DNA of 64,000 nucleotides from Torpedo marmorata (Eukaryota). The stretch covers positions 26,536,001 to 26,600,000 of the forward strand of contig OZ360239.1 in assembly GCA_977017645.1 (NCBI GenBank). The letters run 5' to 3'. The translations under genes were made by a program, and so were the position numbers. Under the pieces are notes generated by a model. That model was not told the origin of the DNA. It made no database searches and worked only from the letters and a program-made list of their open reading frames with translations. Below are positions 49,525-61,404 of this stretch, one piece after another; the stretch's first letter is position 1; every line of letters starts with the position of its first letter.

Positions 49525-50330
49525 GTAACAAAAATAAAGATTGCTGGAAGTACTCAGCAGGTCAAACAGCATCAGCAGGGAGAATAAAAGAGTCAACTTC
49601 TCAGGCCAGGGACCCTTCAACACAACAGAAGAAATGAAATGGCAAGTGTATTTTAAGTTGCATGGAGGAGAAGATGAAAAAAACCAGAGGAAATGTTTGT
49701 GATAGGTTCCAGACTAAAGAAGTCATGGTAATCATTACTATAAAGATCAGAAGTTCAAGCAAAATTATACAGAAATAAATTGTCACAAAACAAGTTAAAA
49801 GAGAACGGCTGCCACATCTGCTGGAGAAAGAAGGAGAGATCTCCTGAGGTTACTAAACTCTGAGATTATGTTTTGCATCTTGTAGCATGTCCTCAAGCTT
49901 ACTTACATCTCCATTGGAGGCCAGAGATATTGGAATGGAAGTGGGATAGAGAAATAAAATGACTGATAACTAGAAGCTCAAGGTCCCCCTTCCAAACTGA
50001 ACAGAGTGTTCTGGGAGGCACGCCATCTGTGTGGCTTTCTCCAATGAACAGGAGTCCACATCATGAGCGCCAAATGCAGTGCACTAAATTGGAAAAAGAG
50101 CAAGGAAATCACTATCACACCTAGAAGGACTGTTTGAGATCTTGGATGTTGGAAGGGAAGAGGTAAAAGAGGATCTCAAGGAAAACCAGGATTCTGGCTG
50201 GGATGTGAGAGCACTTTCCAGTTTCTGATCCTAACTCAACTCTTCCACGCTTCCATCCCACACTGAGATATGCTGAGGGTCCTTCTTCCTTGAAGAAGTG
50301 CTGAGTTTTTCTAGCTTTTTCTGTTTTTAA
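49525..50330 (-). mobile_element. Decayed Penelope-like element with inverted terminal piece
   Basis: tgctggaagtactcagcaggtcaaacagc at the start; ctccaatgaacaggagtccaca...atgcagt is reverse GIY-YIG; tgctgagtttttctagc in opposite orientation near 50300. Confidence 0.6.
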
Positions 50331-50481
50331 CTTAGATTTTGTGGATATTTTTGTAAATGCCCTGGAGTGTCTTGTTGAGGGTTTAATGATCAGATTTCAG
50401 AAGTGGGTAGCAGGCAGACTTTCGTGATATTTTCCTTTTCCTCCCTTGCTTGTTTAATGTCAATCAAGATGGCATCGGTGA

Positions 50482-52431
50482 GAAATAGGAGAGAAGAAGC
50501 CACAAGAATTTATATATAAATGGAATTCAAAACTGTTGACAGGTGTTAAAGAAACACCGTTATTAAAACATTAGAACATAACATGCGAATTGTTTTAGCG
50601 GTTTCAAAAAAATGTATTGCCATTACTTGGAAATCAGATTTAGATTTGAATTTAGATAGATTGCATGCAGAATTACGTTCATGTATACCATTGGAAAAGA
50701 TTACATATAATTTACGTAATAAATATCATTTCTTTTTGAAAATTTGGAGCCCATATATGAGAATTATGGGTATGAATTAATTCTCTAGAAGTCGGCTCCG
50801 CTGGCGAAATTAACCTCCAATATATAAATAGAATTAGCTTGTAATTTGTTTTCTCCTCACTTTAATTCTTTAATTCTTTATTATTCAACTTTTTTCTTTT
50901 TTTATATAATCTTTTTTTTTCTTCTTTTTTTTTAATTTTTAGAGTAGTGGTGGGGGGGTTGGGGGGGGGAGGGTGGGAGGGGGGGAGGAAATATATCACA
51001 TGTACTTGGAATGATATATTATTTTTGATCTATGTATTTTGTGATTTTAAAAATTTAAATAAAATTATATTTAAAAAAAACAAAAAAAAAAAACATTTGA
51101 TTAATGCTTGGAATAAGGTTAATGACGATATAGGATTAAAAGGAAATATATCACCTAAAATGCCATTGATACAGAACAATCTGATACCATTTACAAAAGA
51201 TAACCCTTTTTTAAATACATGGTCATTAAAAGGAATAAAGAAAATAGAAGATTGTTATGAAGGAAATCAAATGATGTAATTCATACAATTACAGAATAAA
51301 TACGGAATACCTAGAAATACATTTTTTTGCTATCTTCAACTAACAGCTTATTTAAGAGGAAAATTAGGTCCAGACATGTTGTTACAAGAGTGTAGCGAAG
51401 TAGAAACTATTATTAGGAAAGGAAACACTAAGAAATTTACCTCTATAGTATATTCTTTGTTACAGAAGGGAGCTCAAAAACGAGGACTTCATAAGTCCAG
51501 ACAAAGATGGGAACAAGATCTTAATATTATAATTGATGAAAAAAGATGGTCGGATCTATGCTTAGATAGTATGACTAATACTGTTAATGTAAGATATAGA
51601 CTGGTACAATACAACTTCTTACACCAAATATTCCTCACACCACAAAAACTGAACAAGATGAATTCTACAATACCAAATAGATGTTTTAGATGTGGAGAAG
51701 AAGCAGGAACATTCTTACATTCAACGTGGTCATGTTCAAAAGTTAAAGATTTTTGGGCAGAGTTAGGAAACCGGTTAAAACTAGTTACAGGTATTACATT
51801 TCCTCAAAACCCTGACTTGTTCTTATTGGGGAATGTAGAGGGAGCTAGACCAAAATTGAAATTATCCATATGGCAATTAAAATTCGTAAAAATTGCACTA
51901 GCAGTAGCTAGGAAATGTATAGCAGTGACCTGGAAATCGGACACAAATCTGAGTATGAGTAGATGGAATTCAGAGATGCAGAGTTGCATCCCATTGGAAA
52001 AAATAACATACAATATGAGGAATAAGTATGGACTCTTTTTACAAATTTGGCGTCCATTTATCCAATTATCAGGAATGAATATTTAAATATGTTGCCCTGC
52101 ATCCCAGACCCCGCTGACTCTCTTAAGTTTAAATTTGAAGAATGAACATTGTTGAATTTCTTGCATCGAGCCATGGATATGTACAGATATATTTTCAATT
52201 GTTCTTTTCCCTTCTCTTTTCTTTTTTAGTTCTAGTATGGGGAGGGGATAAGGGATGGGAAGGGTGGAGGGTGGGTTGTTTTAGTAAGGGTGGTTTAGAT
52301 GGGGTTAGATTCATGGTAATACGAAATTCCTATGTATCGAATTTAACTGATGTTTAATGTATATTTTACATTATTTTGTATTATTGTGAAAAAGTTGAAA
52401 ATCTTAAAATAAAATATTAAAAAAAAAAAAA
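50482..52431 (+). mobile_element. 5'-truncated L1-clade LINE with 13-bp TSD, containing a nested L1
   Basis: TSD atggcatcggtga (50469-50481, 52432-52444); ORF 51376-52086 with CFRC...HSTWSC zinc finger; poly-A tail. Confidence 0.92.
50573..51089 (+). mobile_element. Second L1 family inserted inside the L1 above
   Basis: TSD aaaacatt (50565-50572, 51090-51097) at a TT/AAAA site; host frame ...KETPLLKH|LINAWNK rejoins on removal. Confidence 0.88.
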
Positions 52432-52734
52432 ATGGCATCGGTGAAGTGTGGGGAGATATTGCGAGCTGAACCTCTCTTTACATAAAATACAACCATTCTG
52501 CTCTGCTTTCCCTGAACTCTAACACTTTCTGTATCAATTCTGTAATTGATCTTGCCCTTCTACTTTATATGGCTGTATGCATGTTAGACTTGACTTGTGA
52601 GACGGCTCACAGAAAGGACCTTCTCACTGTACCAGGTAGAATGTGACAATAAACTTTAAACTATAATTTCATATAAAGTCAGTGATTAATGAAGAGTGTT
52701 TGGCCCATTCAGCCTGTGCTGCTCCTAGATTCGT

Positions 52735-53310
52735 AGATACATTGAAAAGAGGTGCAGGTAAAGGCCATTCTGCCCTTCAAGCCTGCACCAGCATTGAACG
52801 ATCATACAACCTCAGTATCCTATTTCTCTTATCTCTCAATTCCTTTAGCCATAAGGGCCACATCCAATTCTCTTTTGAATTTATCTAATGAACAAGTTCT
52901 ACAAGTTCACAACTCTGAGTGAAGTTGTTTCTCCTCATCATAGTCCTAAATGGCTTACCCCTTATCCTGGAACTGTGACCCTTGTCCTGGCCTTCCCTAA
53001 CATTGGGAACCTTCTTCTGGCATCTAACCTGTTTAGTCCTGTCAGAATGTTGCATGCCCCTACGAGATCCCTTCTCATTCTTCCAATTTCCAATGAGTGT
53101 AACCCCTTTGTCATACGTCAGTCCTGCCATCCCAAGAATCAGCCTGGTGAACCTTTGCTGCACTCCCTCAATAGCAGGAATGTCCTTCCTTGGATTAGGA
53201 AGCTAAAACTGTTCACAATACTCAAGGTGTGGCCTTGCCAAGGCCCTATAAAACTGCAGTATGACCTTCCTGCTTCCAAATTGAATACCTCTTGCAACAA
53301 AGCTCATGAG
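52735..53310 (-). mobile_element. CR1 LINE 3' fragment, decayed
   Basis: Minus ORFs VILQFYRALARPHLEYCEQF and MQQRFTRLILGMAGLTY. Confidence 0.85.
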
Positions 53311-53334
53311 GTGTTCTGCTGTGCAATGGAGATT

Positions 53335-53556
53335 TTTTTTAAATTTAGAAATACAGCATGGTAACAGGCCCTTCTGGCCACGAGCCCGTGTCACCCAAAT
53401 CCACACTTGTGACCAATTAACCTACTAACCCGTACATCTTTGAAACGTGAGGGGAAACCAGATCACCCGGAGGAAACCCACGCGGAGCGCCGGATTCAAA
53501 CTCTGGTCGATGGTGCTCTAATAGCATTGCGCTAACCACTACACTAACCGTGCTGT
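53335..53556 (-). mobile_element. V-SINE with internal deletion
   Basis: atacagcatggtaacaggcc...ggaaaccagatcacccggaggaaacccacg...gcgctaaccactacactaaccgtgc. Confidence 0.85.
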
Positions 53557-54196
53557 CCAGATTGTTTAGTTTCTGCCTACAAGCCCTTTTTGCAATCTGC
53601 CTCTTTTTAGCGGTTAATGTTTGCCTGCATGAGCTTGACCTCCACAGAACCCTGCTATTATTCCAGGCTCAGTTAGGTCAAAAGTAGAAGGGAAATGCCA
53701 GATAACAATTTTGCACTGGATTAGTTGTTTGCTTCAAAGTGGAGCAGGAAATTGCACGTGTTGATCCAGACCAAATCAGCTGCCAATTGATTGTGATAGC
53801 ATCTCCATTCAAATAATACATCCTACCATGTTAAACAATTTGTAAAAGTAATGCATACCCAAGCAAAGTGAAAGTTTTTTCAGGTCACATTATAACTTTT
53901 TCAGTCTGATGCAAACAATTTTTAATACCCACATTTTGTTTTGGAAATAAGCTTCGATGTTCAGTTCACTTCTGTGTTGTTGTCGGCTTGGTCTCTGTAC
54001 AACCAAGCATGTTGTAATCCATCACACATGTCCGATTAGTGATAGCATTATTTAATTAAAATATTCACTGTTAATTGTCAAGTTCCTTCAATTGAAAAGT
54101 GCAAAGTTGCTTAGAAGTATAAGCTTAATGTGTCTCGTTTGTTACCTGATTGGCCCTTTGCAGCTCTAATGCAGGTTTTATCTTTTTGCTCTCTAG

Positions 54197-54261
54197 CCCT
54201 GCATGCTGCTGCCTCCAAAACATCCTCCCTCCCCGGTTACGGACGAAGTGGACTGCATAGG
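54197..54261 (+). CDS. ABLIM1: ABLIM1 coding exon (65 nt, phase 1-0): (S/A)LHAAASKTSSLPGYGRSGLHR
   Basis: Acceptor tctttttgctctctag, donor AGG/gtaagg; matches SKTASLPGYGRNGLHR. Confidence 0.95.
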
Positions 54262-55456
54262 GTAAGGCAAGACCAGCAAACACCACACTTTATGTAAATG
54301 TTAAGGCAGAGAGCCTATCAACTGGCATTTCTTGTTTATTTTCAGTACATTCCCTTCAGGTTTTCTCTGCCTTTTACATTGTGACTTTCTAAGCCTGGAG
54401 TTTCACAAGAATAATGAACACCAAGTGTTCTGAAGCTTGACTGGAAATTTAAATTTGTAATTGCGTGGTTTCTAAGGGAGCAGCCGTTCGTGTCCGCGCA
54501 CAATGCTGTTGCTCTTGCAGCAGAATTATTATAGTACCGAGAATAAAAGTTCACTGTCTTCGTGTGGTTGCTCCACATGTTAAAGTCATTGTGCATTTTC
54601 TGAAAAATAAACAGTAGCATGCTGAGAATTCTCGGCAGCATCTGTGGAGAGAGATAGACAGTTAATACTCCACTTCAATGATCTTTTATCAGGATGCTTT
54701 TACGGTTGTGTGTTAGGCCAGTAAGGCAATAGAATAAGACATTCATTAGTAGAGTTTGAATAGAAGAGAGATATAATTTTAAAACTTGTGCCATATCTTG
54801 CTGGAGGGGATAAAAAGTCACCTTTGATCCTAATTTATTGTTAAGAGACTGCAATTAAGGATGCCATGGGTTGCCACTTTGTCTGCACACGAGATTTAAA
54901 AGCAGAACCAACAGAGTGGGAACCTTGCTGTAAAAAAAAATGAGTTGACCCCATCTTGACAGGCCATACTATCCCTAATTTAGCAATAATTCATTGTCTT
55001 GTTCAGCAAGGCCACCATGAGGGTGAGCAGAACTCACCAGGAAAAGATTTTTCAAGGTGTTCAGAAGGGGTTTAAAATACAGAAGATCTTTGGGGGGGGA
55101 AAAGGTATTTAGGCTCTTGCATTTCACCACACACCAGTCTCTGGCATGATCCTCCCTGACAGCTGGAGAAACTCAACAGGTCAGGCAGCATCCACGGAGT
55201 AAAATTGAAGGTGATATTTTGGGTCCAATCCCTGCTCGACCCGAAGCTTCAACTGTCCACTTTCCTCCACAGATGCTGCCTTCCTCCAGCAGTTTAATTT
55301 TCTCTGTTGTAGATTCCTGCATCTGCAGTCACTTGTGTCACCAACCTGGCAATCTTGGTTAGAATGAATGTTGTGAGAATACTTTGATAATAAATTTTAC
55401 TGTGTCAGCAACGGAGGATGAGGGAATATCAAGTTCAACTTTATTATAATCATACA

Positions 55457-55690
55457 ATCACCCAGCCATCCCTCCTCCCCCTCTTTGCTGCTGTCCCCTC
55501 CCTCCTTTCTCCACCTATCATCTCCTGCCTTTGCCACCCCCATTCCCCCCTCACTCTTTTGTTCAGACACCTGCTGGCATTTTCTCATACTTTGATGAAG
55601 GGCTCAAGCCCGAAACGTTGGTTATGTATTTCTACCTTTGCTACTTAAAAGACACTGTTTGACCTGCTGAGTTTCTCCAGCATTTTTTAA
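55457..55690 (+). mobile_element. Penelope 3' UTR-only insertion with hammerhead motif (55586-55626)
   Basis: Near identical to 37127-37345; catactTTGATGAagggctcaagcccGAAACgttggttatg. Confidence 0.88.
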
Positions 55691-55699
55691 TTGTAAAGT

Positions 55700-57290
55700 A
55701 CAACTGGACGAAACAACATTCTTCGGTCCTCGGTGTAAAAACATGCAAACACATATAAAGCCATAGCACACATATTTACAAGCAATTTATATGCAGTACA
55801 TATATAAAAATAAATAAATATTGTTAATTAATAGTAGATTCTCAGAGGGAATTGTATGAGCAGTTCATCAGTCATTCAGCAGTCTAACTCCCCGTGGGAT
55901 GAAGCTGTTTCCCAGACTGGTGGTTCTGGCTCTGATACTTCTGTATCTCTTTCCTATAACCATATAACCATATAACAATTACAGCACGGAAACAGGCCAT
56001 TAGGCCCTTCCAGTCCGCACCGAACCAAAACATTCCTATCTAGTCCCACCTACCTGCACCTTGCCCATAACCCTCCACTTCCCTCTCATCCATATACTTG
56101 TCCAACTTTTTCTTAAATACTAAAATTGACTCTGCCGCCACTACTTCTCCCGGAAGCTCATTCCACACCACTACCACTCTCTGAGTAAAGAAGTTCCCCC
56201 TCATGTTACCTCTAAACCTCTGCCCCTTAACTCTTAGCTCATGTCCTCTTGTTTCAATCTCTCCTATTCTTAATGGAAATAGTCTATCCACATCCACTCT
56301 GTCTATCCCTTTCATAATTTTAAATACCTCTATCAAATCCCCTCTCAACCTTCTACGCTCCAAAGAATAAAGACCTAATCTGCTCAATCTCTCCTTGTAC
56401 TCTAGATTCTTAAACCCAGGTAACATTCTGGTAAACCTTCTCTGCACTCTCTCCACTTTGTTGATATCCTTCCTATAATTTGGCGACCAGAACTGCACAC
56501 AGAACTCTAAATTAGGCCGCACCAAAGCCTTATATAATCTCAACATCACTTCCCAACTCCTATATTCTATGCATTGATTGATGAAGGCCAGCATACTAAA
56601 AGCCTTCTTCACCACCCTATTCACATGAGTTTCCACCTTCAGGGAACGATGCACCGTTATTCCTAAATCTTTCTGCTCTTCTGTATTCATCAATGCTCTC
56701 CCATTTACTACATATGTCCTGTTCTGATTCTTCTTTCCAAAATGAAGCACCTCACACTTATCAGCATTAAACTCCATCTGCCATTTTTCAGCCCACTTTT
56801 CTAAGCAGCCCAAATCCTTCTGCAATCCTTGAAAACCTTCTTCATTATCCACTATTCCACCTATCTTGGTATCATCTGCATATTTACTAATCCAGTTTAC
56901 CACCCCATCATCTAGATCATTGATATATATAACAAACAACAATGGGCCCAATACAGATCCCTGAGGCACACCGCTTGTCACGGGCTTCCAACCTGACAAA
57001 CAATTATCCACTACCACTCTCTGGCCTCTCCCCTCCAGCCAATGTTCAATCCATTTGACTATCTCAGAATCTATACCTAAAGACTGCACCTTCCTCACTA
57101 ACCTTCCATGCGGAACCTTATCAAAGGCCTTACTGAAGTCCATATAGACAACATCCACTGCACTACCCTCATCCACAGTCCTAGTCACCTCTTCAAAAAA
57201 TTCAATCAGATTGACGGGAGTTGCTGGAAGATGCTGTGTGCAGGGTGGTAGGGGTCCTCAACGATTTTGCAAGCCCTCAGACAACGATCC
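55700..57290 (-). mobile_element. Rex-Babar 3' fragment split by the CR1 at 55956-57211
   Basis: Joined minus strand reads KIVEDPYHPAHSIFQQLPSGKRYRSIRARTTSLGNSFIPR. Confidence 0.8.
55956..57211 (-). mobile_element. Young 5'-truncated CR1 LINE with open RT frame (56040-57188)
   Basis: 382 aa without stops: DVVYMDFSKAFDKVPH, SGVPQGSVLGP, KYADDT; tandem (ataaccat) 3' tail at 55956-55976. Confidence 0.95.
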
Positions 57291-58154
57291 CGATTTTGTC
57301 ATCAGCAACAGGCTGTAGTTGTTTGTCTCCTGGAAACTGACCAAAAGCAGTATTGCTCGGGCCTTGTGAGTTGTCCTGACCTCAGTATTAAACGGATAAC
57401 AACAGGCACTGAGCCATAGTGAGGCACGGAAACAGGCCTTTCGGTCCACCAAGTTGATGCTGACCATCAACCACCCATTTACACTAATCCTACATAGGAG
57501 CAGGAGTAGGCCATCTAGCCCATTGAGCCTGCTCCACCATTCAATAAGATCATGGCTGAACTGGTCGTGGACTCAGCTCCACCTACCCGCCTTTTTAGGC
57601 CCTTGATTTCCCTAGTATGCGAAAAATCTATCTAACTGTGTCTTAAATACATTTAATGAGGCAGCCTGTACTGCTGCCTTGATTTCCTCGCTCCCACCCT
57701 CTGAGATTTTGCTAGTTACTGACACCGTAGTATCAAGTTCCAGTGGCCAATTAAACTGCCAATCCACGTGTCCTTTGTGATGTAGGGAGTGAAACAGGAG
57801 TACCCAACAGAGTCACAGGGAGAACGAGCAAACTCCACATAGTACCCAAGGTCAAGAATGAACCCAGGTCTCTAGTACTGAGGCAGGGGCTCTACCAGTT
57901 GCACAACTGATGCCCAGAACATTTCGATCTTGATTGGGGATAATTAAGGAATGTTGTTGCATGTAGTCCACTGAAAATTGCCAGACGGTTATCTCTTCAA
58001 AGAAAAAGCTTCAATGCCAAAGAGAAATGAGCAAGAAGAAACTCCTCTGCTTTCAAAGAACTGTACGTTAAAGATATAAAGAGAGCAGTTTAATGGAATG
58101 TTTCCCATTTGAACTTTAATTATTTAACTGGTAACTTGAGAAACAATTACACAC

Positions 58155-59072
58155 CATAGAACATTACAGCACAGAAAATAGACCCTTCAGCTCTTCTAGT
58201 CTGTGCCAAACTATTATTCTCCTTAGTCCCACTGACCTGCACCCAGTCCATAGCCCTCCATACCTCTCCCATCCATGTACCTGTCCAAATTTTTCTTGAA
58301 TGTGAAATTTGAGCCCGCACACACCACTTCAGCTGGCAGCTCGTTCCAAACTCCCACTACTTTCTGTGTGAAGAAGTTCCTCTTGATGATCCCCATAAAC
58401 TTTTCCCCTTTCACCCTTAACCCATGTCCTCTGGCTTGTATCTCACCTAACCTCAGTGGAAAAAGTGTACTTGCATTCATTCTGTTTATACCCCTCATAA
58501 TTTTAAATACCTCTATCAAATCTCCCCTTATTCTTCTACGCTCCAAGGAATAAAGTCCTAACCTGTTTCACCTTTCCCTGTAACTCGGTTCTTGAAGTTC
58601 CGGCAACATCCTAGTAAATCTTCTCTGCACTCTTTCAATCTTATTGATATCTTTCCTGTAGTTAGGTGACCAAAACTACACAATACTCCAAAAAGGTACA
58701 GGAGCCTAAAGACGAGCACTCAACGGCACAAGGACAGCTTCTTCCCCGCTGCCATCAGATTCCTGAATAATCAATGAACCAAAGACACTGCCTTACTTTT
58801 CGTGCACTATTTTAAAAAAATTTATTGTTGTAAGGTGGTTTATGTGAATGTTTGCACTATGATGCTGCCGCAAAACAACGAATTGCATGACTTGTTCATG
58901 ATAATTGATTCTGATTCTGAAATTTGGCATCACCAATTTCTAACACAACATTTCAACTCCTGTACTTAATACTTTGATTTATGAATGCCAATATGCCAAA
59001 AGCTCTCTTTACAACCCTGTCTACCTGTGATGCCACTTTCAGGGAATTATGTATCTGTATTCCCAGATCCCT
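58155..59072 (-). mobile_element. CR1 LINE 3' part split by a Rex-Babar insertion
   Basis: ORF 58223-58546 ERRRIRGDLIEVFKIM; caatactcca (58690) resumes aatttggcatcacc (58921). Confidence 0.88.
58692..58920 (+). mobile_element. Rex-Babar 3' end nested in CR1
   Basis: aaaggtacaggagcctaaagac...gattctgattctga, near identical to 34262-34497. Confidence 0.88.
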
Positions 59073-59167
59073 CTGGGGAACAGATACACAATAAGCAAAC
59101 CCATGATATCACTACTTCATTGACCTAAAACATGCAAAAGCTGATTATACATTCTTCTCTTTGTTAG

Positions 59168-59228
59168 CCACTGTCAACAGATTTCACACAGTACGACAGC
59201 TACAGTGATGTAAGCGAAGGTGTCAGAG
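59168..59228 (+). CDS. ABLIM1: ABLIM1 coding exon (61 nt, phase 0-1): PLSTDFTQYDSYSDVSEGVR
   Basis: Acceptor ttcttctctttgttag, donor GAG/gtaagg; matches PVSTDFAQYNSYGDVSGGVR. Confidence 0.94.
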
Positions 59229-59273
59229 GTAAGGATGTCTGTCTGGCTTGTGTTTCTGTTCATGTCTATCCAG

Positions 59274-59281
59274 ATTATAAA
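59274..59281 (+). CDS. ABLIM1: Candidate ABLIM1 8-nt microexon ATTATAAA (phase 1-0; D-Y-K) or in-frame extension of the 59168 exon
   Basis: Acceptor tttctgttcatgtctatccag, donor AAA/gtatgt; resembles human DYQ, but the preceding intron would be only 45 nt. Confidence 0.3.
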
Positions 59282-60654
59282 GTATGTATAGATTCAGTAG
59301 AACACATCTCTCATTGAAGTGGTACTGTCAAATTTTGGTCCAAGCATGTACTGTATGTATTGCTTTCATTAAATACTTAGAATATAAGCAAGTTGCTCCA
59401 TTATAAATGGACCTGTTGCTATTGCTGTACCTTGTCATATGCCTCTATGCATTTCCTCTAAGCAAGTGCTTACAGGTAAATGGATGCATCTGCTATATAT
59501 TGGTTCGTGTCCAAATGAGTCAGTGCTTTTGATACAAACTAAAGCCGTATGTGGTAGTGTTTGGGGAACTAGTATTTCAGAACATGACTGCTTACATTTC
59601 TAAGAGTAGCTTCTGCAAGTGTTTTGTACATAAACTAGTGACTACAATGCAGTACACAACTATGTATTTTCAACTATCTGGCTGTGCGTAGGAATGCTCC
59701 TGCAATTTGTGCACTGCCATGATTTGAAAATACATTGCCATCCCTGAGACTCATTTCCGGAGGTCCTTAGCCAATAATCACCCAAGAGCAACAACATGGC
59801 GCGGAAGGGTGAAGATTGAAGATGATTGTATTTTGCTGGTCCACTGAACTTTTGTACCAAACATTCCATCCAGAGTCCATAGTTGCATTAAAGTTTTTGA
59901 AGGTGTGTGTTTGATGTGGCTGAATGGTATTTTCTCATTATTCTAAGCAATTGCTATACTGATTTTAGTGTGTGACACCACATTTGAATGCTTACCAGAA
60001 TCTTACTGCTTTACTTCCCTTGCATCATTTCAAAAAAGTGATTTTTGCCTTGTGCTTCCCTTGTTATCAAAGACCTAGTAGCGTGCTGTGCTCCATATTG
60101 TTCCAATGAAAATGTTATTCTCTTCCTTTAAACAAATGGATTTCATTAACATTCTTGGTTTTCACATAGATTCTCACTGCCTTATAAAAAGCCTATAGCT
60201 TGGCTTATGATAGCTTTGAATCTAAAGCCAGCACATTTATTTTTCAAAGTTCATCACTTGCAGCTCTCAGGAAAGATCTGAAGACAAGCTAGCATCAGAT
60301 GATAACTTCTTCTTGAAGTGTGTGTCAGAGATTGTAGCTGTCCCATGCAAGAGCCTCAGGGCTCCTTTCACTAATAGTTTGGCACTGCCACCTACCAGCT
60401 GGAAGCAGAACAGACGGTGGCTGTGGCTCGGCCCAACGGGAAATCAGTCATGGGATTCTCTGTTTGGCAGATGTAAAAAAAAACATTAGCCTTGGGGCCC
60501 CTTTTCAGCAAGTTTAATTGTTCAATCAAAGGTATTGAGGGAGGACGAGACTAAATGACTAACTACCTGCACTCAAATAGCTCTCTGTAACGCGCAACCT
60601 ATGCCCATAGCCTCAAATCAAAATTTGAAACTGGGCTCTTTGTAAATGAGAGGT

Positions 60655-60765
60655 GCGAAACATGAAAGTCTGCAGACACTGTGATTGTAGTCAAAACACA
60701 GAAATGCTGGAGGAACATCTATGGTTGAGACTGGTTGAGTTCCTCCAACATTTCTGTGTTTTGTC
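60655..60765. repeat. Small fold-back of Penelope termini
   Basis: caaaacacagaaatgctggaggaac (60692-60716) pairs with gttcctccaacatttctgtgttttg (60739-60763). Confidence 0.8.
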
Positions 60766-61404
60766 TTTGTAAATGAGTGAGCACAAGCTTCATCTGCTGA
60801 TTTGAAATGCATCTGCCTGTTATTTTAATGGGGTATTTACACCACCACCCTAATGAAGCAATGAACAGAGGAATTTAATTAGCTGGACCCAAGTCTCCAC
60901 TGTGCTGCTGGAGGAAGGACGGGAAACAAAACAGATCTAGTCATGTTGAAGGAAATAGCATATAAAGATGAGTTTATTCATGGTGTTATAATATTAACAA
61001 TAGACAGGCCAAACTGAGCCTGATTTTAATGCACCACAAATTAGTCATAGAGTCACACAGGATGGGAACAAACCACTCATCCCACTGCAGCACAGTGACC
61101 ATCCATATTAATTCCATCTTCCGCACTTGGCCCATAGCCATCTGTGCCCAGGTGATTCAAGAACTCACCTAGAAAAATGCTATCAGGAGATCTGCTCCCA
61201 CCACTCTCAGGCAATCCATTCCGTGGACCATCGAAAAAGATGGATGTGAAGGGATGCATATATTTTCTTCTGAAATAAAAAAAGTAGTTTTATTTTTTTT
61301 TTAAATAACTCAACAATGACAAAAATAGTAGCTGAGGAAAGGTGGTGTTTATATCCGAACCAGATGGCTGAGTTCCTGTTAACTCTTTGCTGCTCAGAAT
61401 CAGA

